NCBI GenBank assembly: GCA_963663225.1
Contig: OY760142.1
Span: forward strand, 832,001-896,000
Origin: Nitrospirota bacterium
GTDB lineage: Bacteria; Nitrospirota; UBA9217
Direction: 5' to 3'
DNA length: 64,000 bases
Part shown: piece after piece, positions 1-8,825 of the stretch
Position numbering within the stretch: position 1 is the first letter of the stretch
How the letters are laid out: each line of letters begins with the position of its first letter
The notes under the pieces: generated by a model
Seen by the model: the letters and a program-made list of their open reading frames with translations, nothing else
The model's database searches: none
What the model was told of the DNA's origin: nothing
Position numbers and translations under genes: made by a program

Positions 1-84
1 CTTGCCTCTTTCACCAAAAAACACCAATACGGACGTCCCGTATCGGATTATTGCTGAAAAAACCATCCCTCAGGAAAACACGGT

Positions 85-1107
85 ATGAATAAAACTCCTC
101 TTATAGCCATAACCATGGGTGACCCCGCCGGAATCGGCCCCGAGATCATCGCAAAGGCAATCGCCAGCAAAAAGCTCTCGACGACATGCAGACCGTTTAT
201 TATCGGCGACGCGGGAATCATGGAAAAAGTGGTCCACGATTTGCTGCTCACCGTTCCTGTCCGAAGCATAAAGTCCCCGAAAGAGACGGACCCGGACAAG
301 GGTGCACTGGACATCCTCGATTGCAAAAACATAAATATCAGCCACCATGCCTGGGGAACTCCTGACAAATCCTCGGGAACTGCCGTCGTGGAGTATATTA
401 AAAAAGCAGTCGGCCTGTGCATGAAGCATGAAGCAGACGCGATTGTTACTGCGCCGATCAACAAGGAAATTATGAACGCCGCGGGCCATCGTTTTGCGGG
501 TCATACCGAACTGCTCGCCCATCTCACCGGCACCAAGGATTTCGGCATGCTGTTTGTGGGCGGCGGCCTGCGGGTAATTCTCGTCACCATTCATGTCGCG
601 CTCCGGGACGTACCCCAGCACGTCAGCACCGCAAAGGTCCTGAAGACCCTCCGGCTTGCCCATGCATCCATGAAATATTTCGGCATAGACAACCCGCGCA
701 TCGGCGTCGCCGCGCTAAACCCTCATGCCGGAGAAGGACGGCTGTTCGGGTCGGAGGAATGGGACGACATTCTGCCCGCGGTGATTAAGGCGAGAAAAGA
801 AGGCATTCATGCAAGCGACCCCATTCCCGCCGACACGCTGTTTTATAAAGCACGAAACAACCAATATGACATCGTGGTGGCAATGTATCACGACCAGGGC
901 CTCGCTCCGCTCAAGATGCTTGCATTCGGCAATGCGGTGAACGTCACAGTAGGGCTTCCTATCATCAGAACTTCGGTGGACCACGGAACCGCGTACGATA
1001 TCGCAGGAAGAGGCTGCGCAAACCCCGAGAGCCTGCTGGAAGCAGCGGCACTCGCGGCTCAGATGGCACAGTACAAGCGCCGTCCCTCCGCAAAGGAGCA
1101 CATGTGA
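85..1107 (+). CDS. pdxA: 4-hydroxythreonine-4-phosphate dehydrogenase
   Basis: Motifs ITMGDPAGIGPEI, GHTE, LNPHAGE, MYHDQG and RTSVDHGTAYDIAG. Confidence 0.95.
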   Translation: MNKTPLIAITMGDPAGIGPEIIAKAIASKKLSTTCRPFIIGDAGIMEKVVHDLLLTVPVRSIKSPKETDPDKGALDILDCKNINISHHAWGTPDKSSGTAVVEYIKKAVGLCMKHEADAIVTAPINKEIMNAAGHRFAGHTELLAHLTGTKDFGMLFVGGGLRVILVTIHVALRDVPQHVSTAKVLKTLRLAHASMKYFGIDNPRIGVAALNPHAGEGRLFGSEEWDDILPAVIKARKEGIHASDPIPADTLFYKARNNQYDIVVAMYHDQGLAPLKMLAFGNAVNVTVGLPIIRTSVDHGTAYDIAGRGCANPESLLEAAALAAQMAQYKRRPSAKEHM

Positions 1108-2177
1108 AAAGCACACCCCCGGCTCCGTTCATAACGCGCACGCATATCGTTGTAATAACTTTTTTCGCGACGTTCATTTTTTTGCTCTATCAAATGCTGT
1201 GCCTCCTCGCGCCTTTTTCGTCCGCGCTGCTTTGGGCGGCCATCCTGGCGCTGGCCCTGCACCCGCTTCATGATCGGGTGCTCCGGTTTCTGAAAGGCAG
1301 AGCAGGACTGGCCGCCTCTGTCATGACATTCGCTGCAGTGCTGCTCATTGTGGTCCCGGCCGTCGTGCTGCTGACGTTGTGCGCGTCACAGGCCGTCGCG
1401 CTCTACGACTGGGCATCAAGCGGCATACAGTCGAGCAAACTCATCGAGTTGTGGAACAGTTTTTCCTCAATGCTTTCTGAAAAGTTTCTTTCCCACCCTT
1501 CTCTTGCAACCATCGACATCAACGGCATCGCCATAAAAAGCATCGGAGAGCTCTCTTCCGCCCTTGCGGGCCAGATCGGCCCTTTGATGAAAAACACCCT
1601 GGTTCTCGCCGTGAACCTTGCGATCATGCTGATTTCCCTTTTTTTCTTTTTCCGAAATGGGGAAAACTACTATCACGCGGTTATGGATCTCCTGCCCTTC
1701 ACCGCCGAACAGAAGCACACGGTCGCCCGGAAGCTGCACGATACGTTTGCGGCTGTCATAAACGGGGTGTTCCTTATCGCGCTACTGCAGGGATTTCTTA
1801 CCGGAATCGGGTTTGCACTGTTCCAGGTGCCCCTGGCGGTGCTGTGGGGATTCGTTGCTGCATTGCTTGCCCTGCTTCCCGTCGGAGGAGCCGCGATCGT
1901 CTGGATTCCGGGCGTGGTCTTTCTGTTCCTGAAGGGCATGACGTTGCAAGCGGTGCTGCTTTCAATCTGGGGGCTGCTGATCGTCAGCATGGCAGATAAT
2001 GTTTTGAAGCCGCTCATCATCGGACGCAAAGCAAACATCCCGACGTTCGTCCTCTTCCTGTCCCTGCTTGGCGGACTTCAGGTATACGGAGTGCTGGGTT
2101 TGTTGTTCGGCCCCCTCGTGGTCACACTCCTTATGGCTTTCATTGATATATACCGTGCGGAATACATAAACCAATAA
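1104..2177 (+). CDS. AI-2E family (UPF0118) transporter
   Basis: 357 aa, multiple TM segments, C-terminal DNVLKPLIIG...LGGLQVYGVLGLLFGP; GTG start overlaps pdxA stop. Confidence 0.85.
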   Translation: MKSTPPAPFITRTHIVVITFFATFIFLLYQMLCLLAPFSSALLWAAILALALHPLHDRVLRFLKGRAGLAASVMTFAAVLLIVVPAVVLLTLCASQAVALYDWASSGIQSSKLIELWNSFSSMLSEKFLSHPSLATIDINGIAIKSIGELSSALAGQIGPLMKNTLVLAVNLAIMLISLFFFFRNGENYYHAVMDLLPFTAEQKHTVARKLHDTFAAVINGVFLIALLQGFLTGIGFALFQVPLAVLWGFVAALLALLPVGGAAIVWIPGVVFLFLKGMTLQAVLLSIWGLLIVSMADNVLKPLIIGRKANIPTFVLFLSLLGGLQVYGVLGLLFGPLVVTLLMAFIDIYRAEYINQ

Positions 2178-2325
2178 CAGCAGAATCGCTGCGACACATT
2201 ATGCGTTGAAGACGCCGGAACACTCCGGTTTTGCAAGAGTCACGGCTCTTCTCAGCCGATGCGGGCTCCGTATATTCGGCGCATCTGCAGCAGACTTTTT
2301 ATTTTATCCGGAGGAATGGTCGTAT

Positions 2326-3009
2326 ATGGAAGATCTCGCAAAATCAGAGCCCTGGCGTGTATTCAGAATCATGGCTGAACTGGTGGAGGGTTTCGAAGCC
2401 CTGAATAATATCGGGCCTGCCGTCGCCATATTCGGAAGCGCGCGCAGCGAACCGGGTTCACTCTGCTATAACAACTGCCTGCAGGTGGCTGAGCGCCTCG
2501 CGAAAGACGGGTTCTCCATTATTTCAGGGGGAGGGCCCGGCATCATGGAAGCTGCGAACAAAGGGGCCCGAAACGGCGGCGGTACGTCCGTCGGCCTGAA
2601 CATAGAACTACCCCAGGAGCAGATGCCGAACCAGTTCCAGAATGTGCATCTGGAATTTCGATATTTCTTTGTACGCAAGCTCATGTTTGTAAAATATGCA
2701 GTGGGATATGTTATTTTCCCGGGCGGGCTCGGCACGCTGGACGAGCTTTTTGAAGCAATCACGCTCATCCAGACAAAAAAAATCCGCAGTTTTCCGGTGG
2801 TTCTGGTCGGCAGGTCCTACTGGCAGGGATTGCTTGAATGGTTGAACAAAACCGCGCTTGCCGCTGGCAACCTCAATAAGGAAGACATTGACCTCATGCA
2901 TGTTGTTGACGAGCCGGAAGAAATATGCGCCATCATAAACAAACGCTACAAAGACCGCGTGGGCGGCTTCCATATGGACAGGAGAGACAAAACCAGGAAG
3001 GGGGTCTGA
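2326..3009 (+). CDS. LOG family Rossmann-fold protein (TIGR00730-like nucleotide phosphoribohydrolase)
   Basis: FGSAR, SGGGPGIMEAANKGA, FRYFFVRK, PGGLGTLDELFE; ATG 2326 follows GGAGG. Confidence 0.9.
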   Translation: MEDLAKSEPWRVFRIMAELVEGFEALNNIGPAVAIFGSARSEPGSLCYNNCLQVAERLAKDGFSIISGGGPGIMEAANKGARNGGGTSVGLNIELPQEQMPNQFQNVHLEFRYFFVRKLMFVKYAVGYVIFPGGLGTLDELFEAITLIQTKKIRSFPVVLVGRSYWQGLLEWLNKTALAAGNLNKEDIDLMHVVDEPEEICAIINKRYKDRVGGFHMDRRDKTRKGV

Positions 3010-3014
3010 CGCTT

Positions 3015-3746
3015 TTATTTTTTTTCTTTTGTGCGATCACGTTCAGCTCGTGTCTTGATCAGGTGGGCGGCCCGCAGGTTGCGGAACCATTGTTCGATAT
3101 TTTTGCGGTAAATCATTGTAAGAAGAATCAGGAAAATGCTGATGCCTACAAGGGAAAAGAGCGCTATATACTGTTTGTTGCGGAAAAAAGCCCCGCCCAG
3201 GGTAAGCATCACCGTACCGAGCAACCGTCCCATGGTTGAAATGAGCAGAAACGAAATATGCCCCATGTGGCCGAGTCCAAGCAGATAGCACAGATAATCC
3301 TTGGGAAACCCCGGAATAATAAATAGCAGCAAAGCAAGAAACAGGCCTTTGTGCTTCATCACATAGTCATACTGCTGCATGGTTTCCGGGCTGACAATGG
3401 ACTCCACCAGCGGCCTGCCGACAATTTTGGCAAGGGTAAACGCGATCCAGGAGCCGAGCGTGAGCCCGATGGTCGAATACACTATTCCCCAGAACGTTCC
3501 GAAAAGCATGCCGCCCACAAAACCGGTCATTTCACCCGGGATGGGGGCAAACACCACCTGCAGTGCCTGCAGACCGACAAAAATGCAGACCGCATTCGTC
3601 CGGTGTTTTTCGATAAAATCAAGAAGGCGCTGCTTGTCCAGAAAAAGGTCGAGCCAACCGAAAACGTACATGAGGACAATGATCCCCACAAACGCCACGA
3701 GGAACACGAGAAAATTGATGATCGTTTTTTTCCCCAGTTTAATCAT
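3015..3746 (-). CDS. TVP38/TMEM64 (DedA/VTT) family membrane protein
   Basis: QVVFAPIPGE, IPGFPKDYLCYLLG, hydrophobic segments. Confidence 0.85.
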   Translation of the reverse strand: MIKLGKKTIINFLVFLVAFVGIIVLMYVFGWLDLFLDKQRLLDFIEKHRTNAVCIFVGLQALQVVFAPIPGEMTGFVGGMLFGTFWGIVYSTIGLTLGSWIAFTLAKIVGRPLVESIVSPETMQQYDYVMKHKGLFLALLLFIIPGFPKDYLCYLLGLGHMGHISFLLISTMGRLLGTVMLTLGGAFFRNKQYIALFSLVGISIFLILLTMIYRKNIEQWFRNLRAAHLIKTRAERDRTKEKK

Positions 3747-3766
3747 AACCCCGGAAAGAACATCTG

Positions 3767-4054
3767 CTATTTTTTGAACAGATCATCAAGCGATTTGCGC
3801 GCCTGCTCAACTGTAGTATTGGATATTTCACTGATACCGGTTTCCGCAAATACGAAGTAATTGCAGAAGTTGGCTTTTGCTTTTTCCTTAACACTTTCCG
3901 CTACCGGCTCATTGCAGCGCTTCGGTGCGGTACGGTCATAAAATCTGCAATTCAGGCAGCAGTGGATGTCGGCTTTACAGAGGGGGCATACATCCCTTCT
4001 GCCGACGCTGCGGTCCAGAGACAGGCTTTTTTTGCAGGAATGGCATGTTTTCAC
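3767..4054 (-). CDS. small cysteine-rich putative metal-binding protein
   Basis: CHSC, CPLC, CCLNCRFY, ANFCNYF; GTG start. Confidence 0.7.
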   Translation of the reverse strand: MKTCHSCKKSLSLDRSVGRRDVCPLCKADIHCCLNCRFYDRTAPKRCNEPVAESVKEKAKANFCNYFVFAETGISEISNTTVEQARKSLDDLFKK

Positions 4055-4279
4055 TGATCTATAATAACGTATTGACCTAAATTACACAAGCGCAAAAAAT
4101 TGCTTTTCAGGCGCATTATTCCTTGCTTTTCACGCTTTTGCCGCATGCTTTTTTCACTTCCCCGGTTCTCCATTTTTATGCTATAGTAAATTCGATGCAC
4201 CGGACAACGGATCGTACATCATAACGGATGTAGGATTCATGTCTTTCGCACCATTATCCACACTGACGGGGGAATTCGT

Positions 4280-4657
4280 ATGACAAAACGTATTTATGTG
4301 GAAAACCTTCCACCTGATATTACCGCAGACCGCCTGAAAGGCATCTTCGACCAGATCGGCGAAGTCCAGTCTGTCAGAATAAAAACAGACTACCTGACCA
4401 TTCGACCGAAGTGTTCCGGAGTTGTCGATATGGCATTGGAAGTGGATGCTTATCGGGCAGTCAACTGTTTTGAAGGAGCGACCCTCAAAAACGGAAAAAT
4501 CCACTTGAAAGAGGAAGATCCGCTGTGGGAAAAAGCACGTCATATGCTCACTGATATCGCGGAAGGTTATGAACGGGTCAGTAGCAAAATTGCCAAGGAA
4601 ATAAAGGAAATCGAACACAAAATCGAGGATAAAATCGAGGAAATCAAAAAACATTGA
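4280..4657 (+). CDS. RRM-type RNA-binding protein with C-terminal coiled coil
   Basis: RNP2-like IYVENLP, degenerate RNP1, tail KIAKEIKEIEHKIEDKIEEIKK; GGGGGA RBS. Confidence 0.8.
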   Translation: MTKRIYVENLPPDITADRLKGIFDQIGEVQSVRIKTDYLTIRPKCSGVVDMALEVDAYRAVNCFEGATLKNGKIHLKEEDPLWEKARHMLTDIAEGYERVSSKIAKEIKEIEHKIEDKIEEIKKH

Positions 4658-4702
4658 GGGAGATGGAGGGCTCCGTTTCATCAATCGGAATTCATGTTGC
4701 GC

Positions 4703-4737
4703 AAAGACCCATGCCGTTCTTCTGGCATGGGTCTTTT
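4703..4737. terminator. bidirectional intrinsic terminator
   Basis: AAAGACCCATGCC-N8-GGCATGGGTCTTTT between convergent genes. Confidence 0.8.
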
Positions 4738-4776
4738 AATTCATGGAACCTATCTCCGGACTGACTTCCTGACTGG

Positions 4777-6543
4777 TTATTTCACAAACTGCGCGGCATT
4801 CTCACCCACAATTCTTCCGAACACGATTGTCTGCGATATGGAGTTTCCGCCCAACCGGTTTGCACCATGCACTCCACCGGTCCCTTCTCCTGCAGCATAC
4901 AGCCCGGAAATGGGTTTCCCGTCTTTTGCCATTACCTGTGCGGCGGCATTGACTTTCAGGCCGCCCATCGTGTAGTGTACGCCCGGCATGACTTCAATGG
5001 CGTAGTATCCCGGCGTCCTGAGAGCCATAGGCATATCGGGCCGTTTGAAAGCAGCGTCATTTTTATCGTCGACCGCCTTGTTGTACATGGTTATTGTTGT
5101 TTCAAGTTCCGACGCGGAAATTTTTGTTTTTGCTGCAAGATCTGCAATCGTATCGCCTGTTATAACCAGGTTCAGATGAAAATAGCCTTCGATCTGCCTG
5201 AGGCTCTTGCGGATGCCTTCATCAAACACGAGAAACGCCGTTTTGCCGGTCTGGTTCAGAATGGCTGCGGAAGCCGCGTCCCGCGTGGTAATTTCGTTCA
5301 CAAATCGTTTTCCCTCTCGGTTCACAAGAATCGCACCGTTCCCGCGCACCGCTTCGGTTATCAGGATGCGGCTTCCTGCCGCGACCGTGGGATGGATCTG
5401 TATTTCCTTCATGTCAATAAGATATCCGCCCGCGCCAGATCCAAGGTCCATGCCGTCGCCCGTCGCTCCCGGCTGATTGGAACTTGTCATACCTTTAAAT
5501 GACGGCTGGTAATAGGCAACTCTGGCGGGATTCGCAGAAAATCCTCCGGTGGCGATGATGACGGCTTTGGCGGAAATCTTGTAAAGTTTGCTGTGTTTTC
5601 CTTCCACCAGCACACCGACCACGCGTCCCTTTTTGTCTTCGAGAATCTTTACGACCCTGCTGTTGACCCGGACGTCGATTTTGCGTGCTTCCGCGTTTCT
5701 CTTGAGTACCTGGGTGATATGCGCGCCGACTGCCGCTCCGCCGCTCGGCCTGTGGGCCCTTGCCACGCTCGCGCCACCCAGACGTCCCACGTCGCTCAGG
5801 TCCGCGCCGAGAGACGTGAGCCAGTCAACAGCGGAGGCGGAATTCTTTGCAAGGATTCCGACCAGTTCCGGATCGTTGATATTTTTGCCGCCTTTCATGG
5901 TATCCTGATACATGAGTTCCACCGAATCTTTTATGCCTTTTTCTTTCTGAAACCGGGTTTCCGCAGCGTTCATCCCACCCGCGGCAAGCTGGCTGTTGCC
6001 CCCGGTGATGGGCATTTTTTCGAGCAAAATTACTTTTGCCCCCTTGTCATGGGCGGTGATTGCGGCAGTAAGGCCGGTCGCCCCTGCTCCGATGATCACA
6101 ATGTCGGTTTTCTCAGTCCTGATTTTTGTGGGCACATTCTTTACTTCGGGCAGCGACGTCGAGGGAAGCCTGGCCGCAACCGCGCCTGACGGTATTTTTA
6201 AATCAAAATTATGGCAATTCAGACAATATGTCCAGGATGCCGCATGCCCGTAGTGGCAGGAAGTGCAGCTCATGTCTCCCAGATGGGATTTGTGCGGATT
6301 TATTTCATGGTTCGACTTCTCCGCCACCTTCGCAAGCGTGCCATGACACTGCACGCACTGGACATTGACAGCTGTTTCGTTGTCATCAACGGCCATTTTA
6401 GCGCCATGGCACGCGGCGCAATTGACGCCCTTGGCCTTGTGCGCACCGGCCAAAAAAGCATCATTGGGCGCAGCCCAGAGCGTTGAACCTGATCCCAGAA
6501 GAATTGTAACCAGCAGTGCCACCATAAACTTTATTGTTTTCAT
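4777..6543 (-). CDS. periplasmic tetraheme flavocytochrome c (soluble fumarate reductase FccA type)
   Basis: Signal peptide, four CxxCH motifs (CAACH, CVQCH, CTSCH, CLNCH), FAD motif IIGAGATG, active-site motifs QIHPT, TEAVRG, EITTRD, VHYTMGG, GANRLGGN. Confidence 0.92.
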   Translation of the reverse strand: MKTIKFMVALLVTILLGSGSTLWAAPNDAFLAGAHKAKGVNCAACHGAKMAVDDNETAVNVQCVQCHGTLAKVAEKSNHEINPHKSHLGDMSCTSCHYGHAASWTYCLNCHNFDLKIPSGAVAARLPSTSLPEVKNVPTKIRTEKTDIVIIGAGATGLTAAITAHDKGAKVILLEKMPITGGNSQLAAGGMNAAETRFQKEKGIKDSVELMYQDTMKGGKNINDPELVGILAKNSASAVDWLTSLGADLSDVGRLGGASVARAHRPSGGAAVGAHITQVLKRNAEARKIDVRVNSRVVKILEDKKGRVVGVLVEGKHSKLYKISAKAVIIATGGFSANPARVAYYQPSFKGMTSSNQPGATGDGMDLGSGAGGYLIDMKEIQIHPTVAAGSRILITEAVRGNGAILVNREGKRFVNEITTRDAASAAILNQTGKTAFLVFDEGIRKSLRQIEGYFHLNLVITGDTIADLAAKTKISASELETTITMYNKAVDDKNDAAFKRPDMPMALRTPGYYAIEVMPGVHYTMGGLKVNAAAQVMAKDGKPISGLYAAGEGTGGVHGANRLGGNSISQTIVFGRIVGENAAQFVK

Positions 6544-6661
6544 GCCGTACCTCCTTTTTTGGATATGAGGTTTTTGATGACTGACATTCTTGTGTCGGCG
6601 CCAGGAAAGCGGGCTGTTTTTACTGCGTAACCTCTTTCAGAATATTTGTGTTTGAAACCGA

Positions 6662-7210
6662 TCAGAAATCAGCACATATTTGTTCAACAGACCGCACTGC
6701 CGCGAACAAGCCGTTCAAGGATGAAAGGAAGGCAGTCTGCACATTCTCTGCTGAAACCGTTTTGTTGCCGAACGACAGTGCTTTTGTCGCGCACGCGTCG
6801 GAAGCGAGAATACAATGAAACCCCAGATCAGCGGCAGCTCGCACGGTCGTATCAACACACATATGGGTCATCATTCCCGCAATCACAAGCCGGTCGATCT
6901 GGATCTGCCGCAGGTGGGCAAGCAGGGGCGTCTCCCGGAAGCTGTTCGGATATTTTTTCTGGAATATAGGCTCCGCGTCTATCGGTGAAACACATCGGTG
7001 AATCTGCACGCCGGGTGTGTCCGGCAGGAAGAAGGTTGCGCCCGGTCGTATGGAAATGTGTTGAATATGAATGACCGGCAAGGCAGCACGCCGAAAGGCT
7101 TGAAGCAACTCTCCTGCTTTTGCGCCTGCCTCAGGACTTCCGTCCAGTTCCATCGCACCACCAGGAAAGTAATCATTTTGAATATCGATAAGAAGAAGGG
7201 ACTGTTTCAT
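6662..7210 (-). CDS. isochorismatase-family cysteine hydrolase
   Basis: LLIDIQNDYFPGG, KKYPNSF, GMMTHMCVDTTVRAA. Confidence 0.9.
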   Translation of the reverse strand: MKQSLLLIDIQNDYFPGGAMELDGSPEAGAKAGELLQAFRRAALPVIHIQHISIRPGATFFLPDTPGVQIHRCVSPIDAEPIFQKKYPNSFRETPLLAHLRQIQIDRLVIAGMMTHMCVDTTVRAAADLGFHCILASDACATKALSFGNKTVSAENVQTAFLSSLNGLFAAVRSVEQICADF

Positions 7211-7302
7211 CAAAACCTCTCTTCATGAAATACGCTGTCTTTCTCTGTGAGGACACGGGCATATTCAGTCTGGTTGCGCGTGCTCGCAGAGTAATACCTG
7301 TT

Positions 7303-7725
7303 TTATTTGCTGGCATTCTGTTCAGCCATGATTGCCTTGGCCAGCCACGATCGCAGATCTTCCGGACGTATCGGCGTTCTGGACAGAATATGACCGCGCA
7401 CCGGACCGCTGGCCACACTGGACAGCACAACACTTATCATCCGCGCCATGCCGTAGCAAACATCATTCGGTGCATAGGCAACCGATCCAATGACCCCCCG
7501 CTCCATCCACTGTTGATAAATACTGAGCATCTGCTGCGCAGACTGGTAGCTGACAGCGACGTCCTTTGTTTCGCTCAAATCGATGTATTCTATGGTCTCT
7601 TTTAAATCGTGAGGCAGCTCTAAGACGTTCCTGCCATACTGCAAAACGTCATCAAGTGAAACGACTTCGCTGCCTTTTGCGAGCAGAATTTTCAGGATCG
7701 GGTCAAAATGATACTGAATCGGCAT
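7303..7725 (-). CDS. hypothetical protein, STAS/SEC14 (SpoIIAA-like) fold
   Basis: Pattern MPIQY...YIDLS...YGMARM...WL resembles SpoIIAA-like proteins; GGAG RBS. Confidence 0.55.
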   Translation of the reverse strand: MPIQYHFDPILKILLAKGSEVVSLDDVLQYGRNVLELPHDLKETIEYIDLSETKDVAVSYQSAQQMLSIYQQWMERGVIGSVAYAPNDVCYGMARMISVVLSSVASGPVRGHILSRTPIRPEDLRSWLAKAIMAEQNASK

Positions 7726-7784
7726 ATTAAGTCACTCCGTATTCATCGGCATAGAGAAAAGGAAACAGGCTGCCTACTTCTCAA

Positions 7785-8114
7785 CTATTTTCTGATCATG
7801 ACAAGGACCATCTTGAATTTCGTGTTCGCTTGTAATGCATGCGGTTTGTTTGCGGGCATAATGATCATTTCGCCTTCACAAACCTTGTGCGTTTTCCCGT
7901 CTATCGTTATGTCCGCAGTGCCGTCAATGATCTGGACAAGCGCGTCAAACGGGGCTGTATGTTCACTCAGCCCCTGACCTGATTCGAATGCAAACATCGT
8001 AACCGTTCCAACGCTTTTGTCTATGATTGTTCGGCTGACAACCGAGCCTGTCTGGTACGCAACCAGGTCTTTCATATTCAGGACAATACCAGTAAGATCA
8101 CTCGTATTCTGCAT
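7785..8114 (-). CDS. cupin domain protein
   Basis: GSVVSRT, GQGLSEHTAPFDA, MPANKPHAL. Confidence 0.88.
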   Translation of the reverse strand: MQNTSDLTGIVLNMKDLVAYQTGSVVSRTIIDKSVGTVTMFAFESGQGLSEHTAPFDALVQIIDGTADITIDGKTHKVCEGEMIIMPANKPHALQANTKFKMVLVMIRK

Positions 8115-8180
8115 TCGGAATCTCCTTTCTATTCTCTAGAAGCGCCCTCGAGTTTCTGGTTATGTTTTCCTACTGTTTTT

Positions 8181-8630
8181 TCATCCACTCTTGTACCCAG
8201 GGATCAGCAAAGGTTTGCAGGGATAAATCAGGCTCACGAGCAGACCGTTGACTCCGAACTCAACGAAACCTCCCAAATACCATTTGATTGCCAGCATTCC
8301 CGGTATGGGATACAGCACATATTGGTTGAGGTCTACCAGCAGCAGCGCCAGAACGCTGAAGCAAACGCCGTAAAGCATGCCTTCGATGACGGTTCCCCTT
8401 CTTGCCGCTAATCGATAACCGGCAACAAAAAAGCAGGAAATGCCGAACACACCAAGAATGGAGAGCCACATTTTATCCGACATGTCCGGTCGATATAAAT
8501 GCTGTATTTCCTGATCTGCACCCTGCAGCAGCACGAGATGATAGAATATGCCCCAGATCATTGTAAAGGCGGACACTGCGAGAATGGCTGACACGGCCCG
8601 CCGGACATTCAGTATGCTCAGAAAAGCCAT
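8181..8630 (-). CDS. hypothetical 4-TM membrane protein (DUF1761-like)
   Basis: Four hydrophobic segments, QYVLYPIP motif. Confidence 0.55.
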   Translation of the reverse strand: MAFLSILNVRRAVSAILAVSAFTMIWGIFYHLVLLQGADQEIQHLYRPDMSDKMWLSILGVFGISCFFVAGYRLAARRGTVIEGMLYGVCFSVLALLLVDLNQYVLYPIPGMLAIKWYLGGFVEFGVNGLLVSLIYPCKPLLIPGYKSG

Positions 8631-8765
8631 GGATCACCGGTATGAAGGATTTGAGGAATATGCTAGATACGTTACCACAAAAAACGTCCCGTTGTCACGA
8701 AAATTGGAGGGATGCAAAACAATACGGGGGCAGGATTTCGCCATTTTGTATTCTGTTGCTGCTAC

Positions 8766-8800
8766 AAAAAAACCCCTGCCGAATTGCTCCGGCAGGGGTT
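8766..8800 (-). terminator. intrinsic terminator closing the C1/acs cluster
   Basis: Minus strand AACCCCTGCCG-loop-CGGCAGGGGTT followed by a T run, just after the fhs stop. Confidence 0.85.
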
Positions 8801-8825
8801 GGCGACATACTTAATGAAATCTTAT

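Noticed and set aside
4689-4745. AATTCATG direct repeats flanking a hairpin as a MITE/REP insertion
   Set aside because: No second copy noticed in the window; the hairpin is explained as a bidirectional terminator
6544-8760. Integron cassette array among the small accessory genes
   Set aside because: No RYYYAAC...GTTRRRY palindromes seen in the spacers
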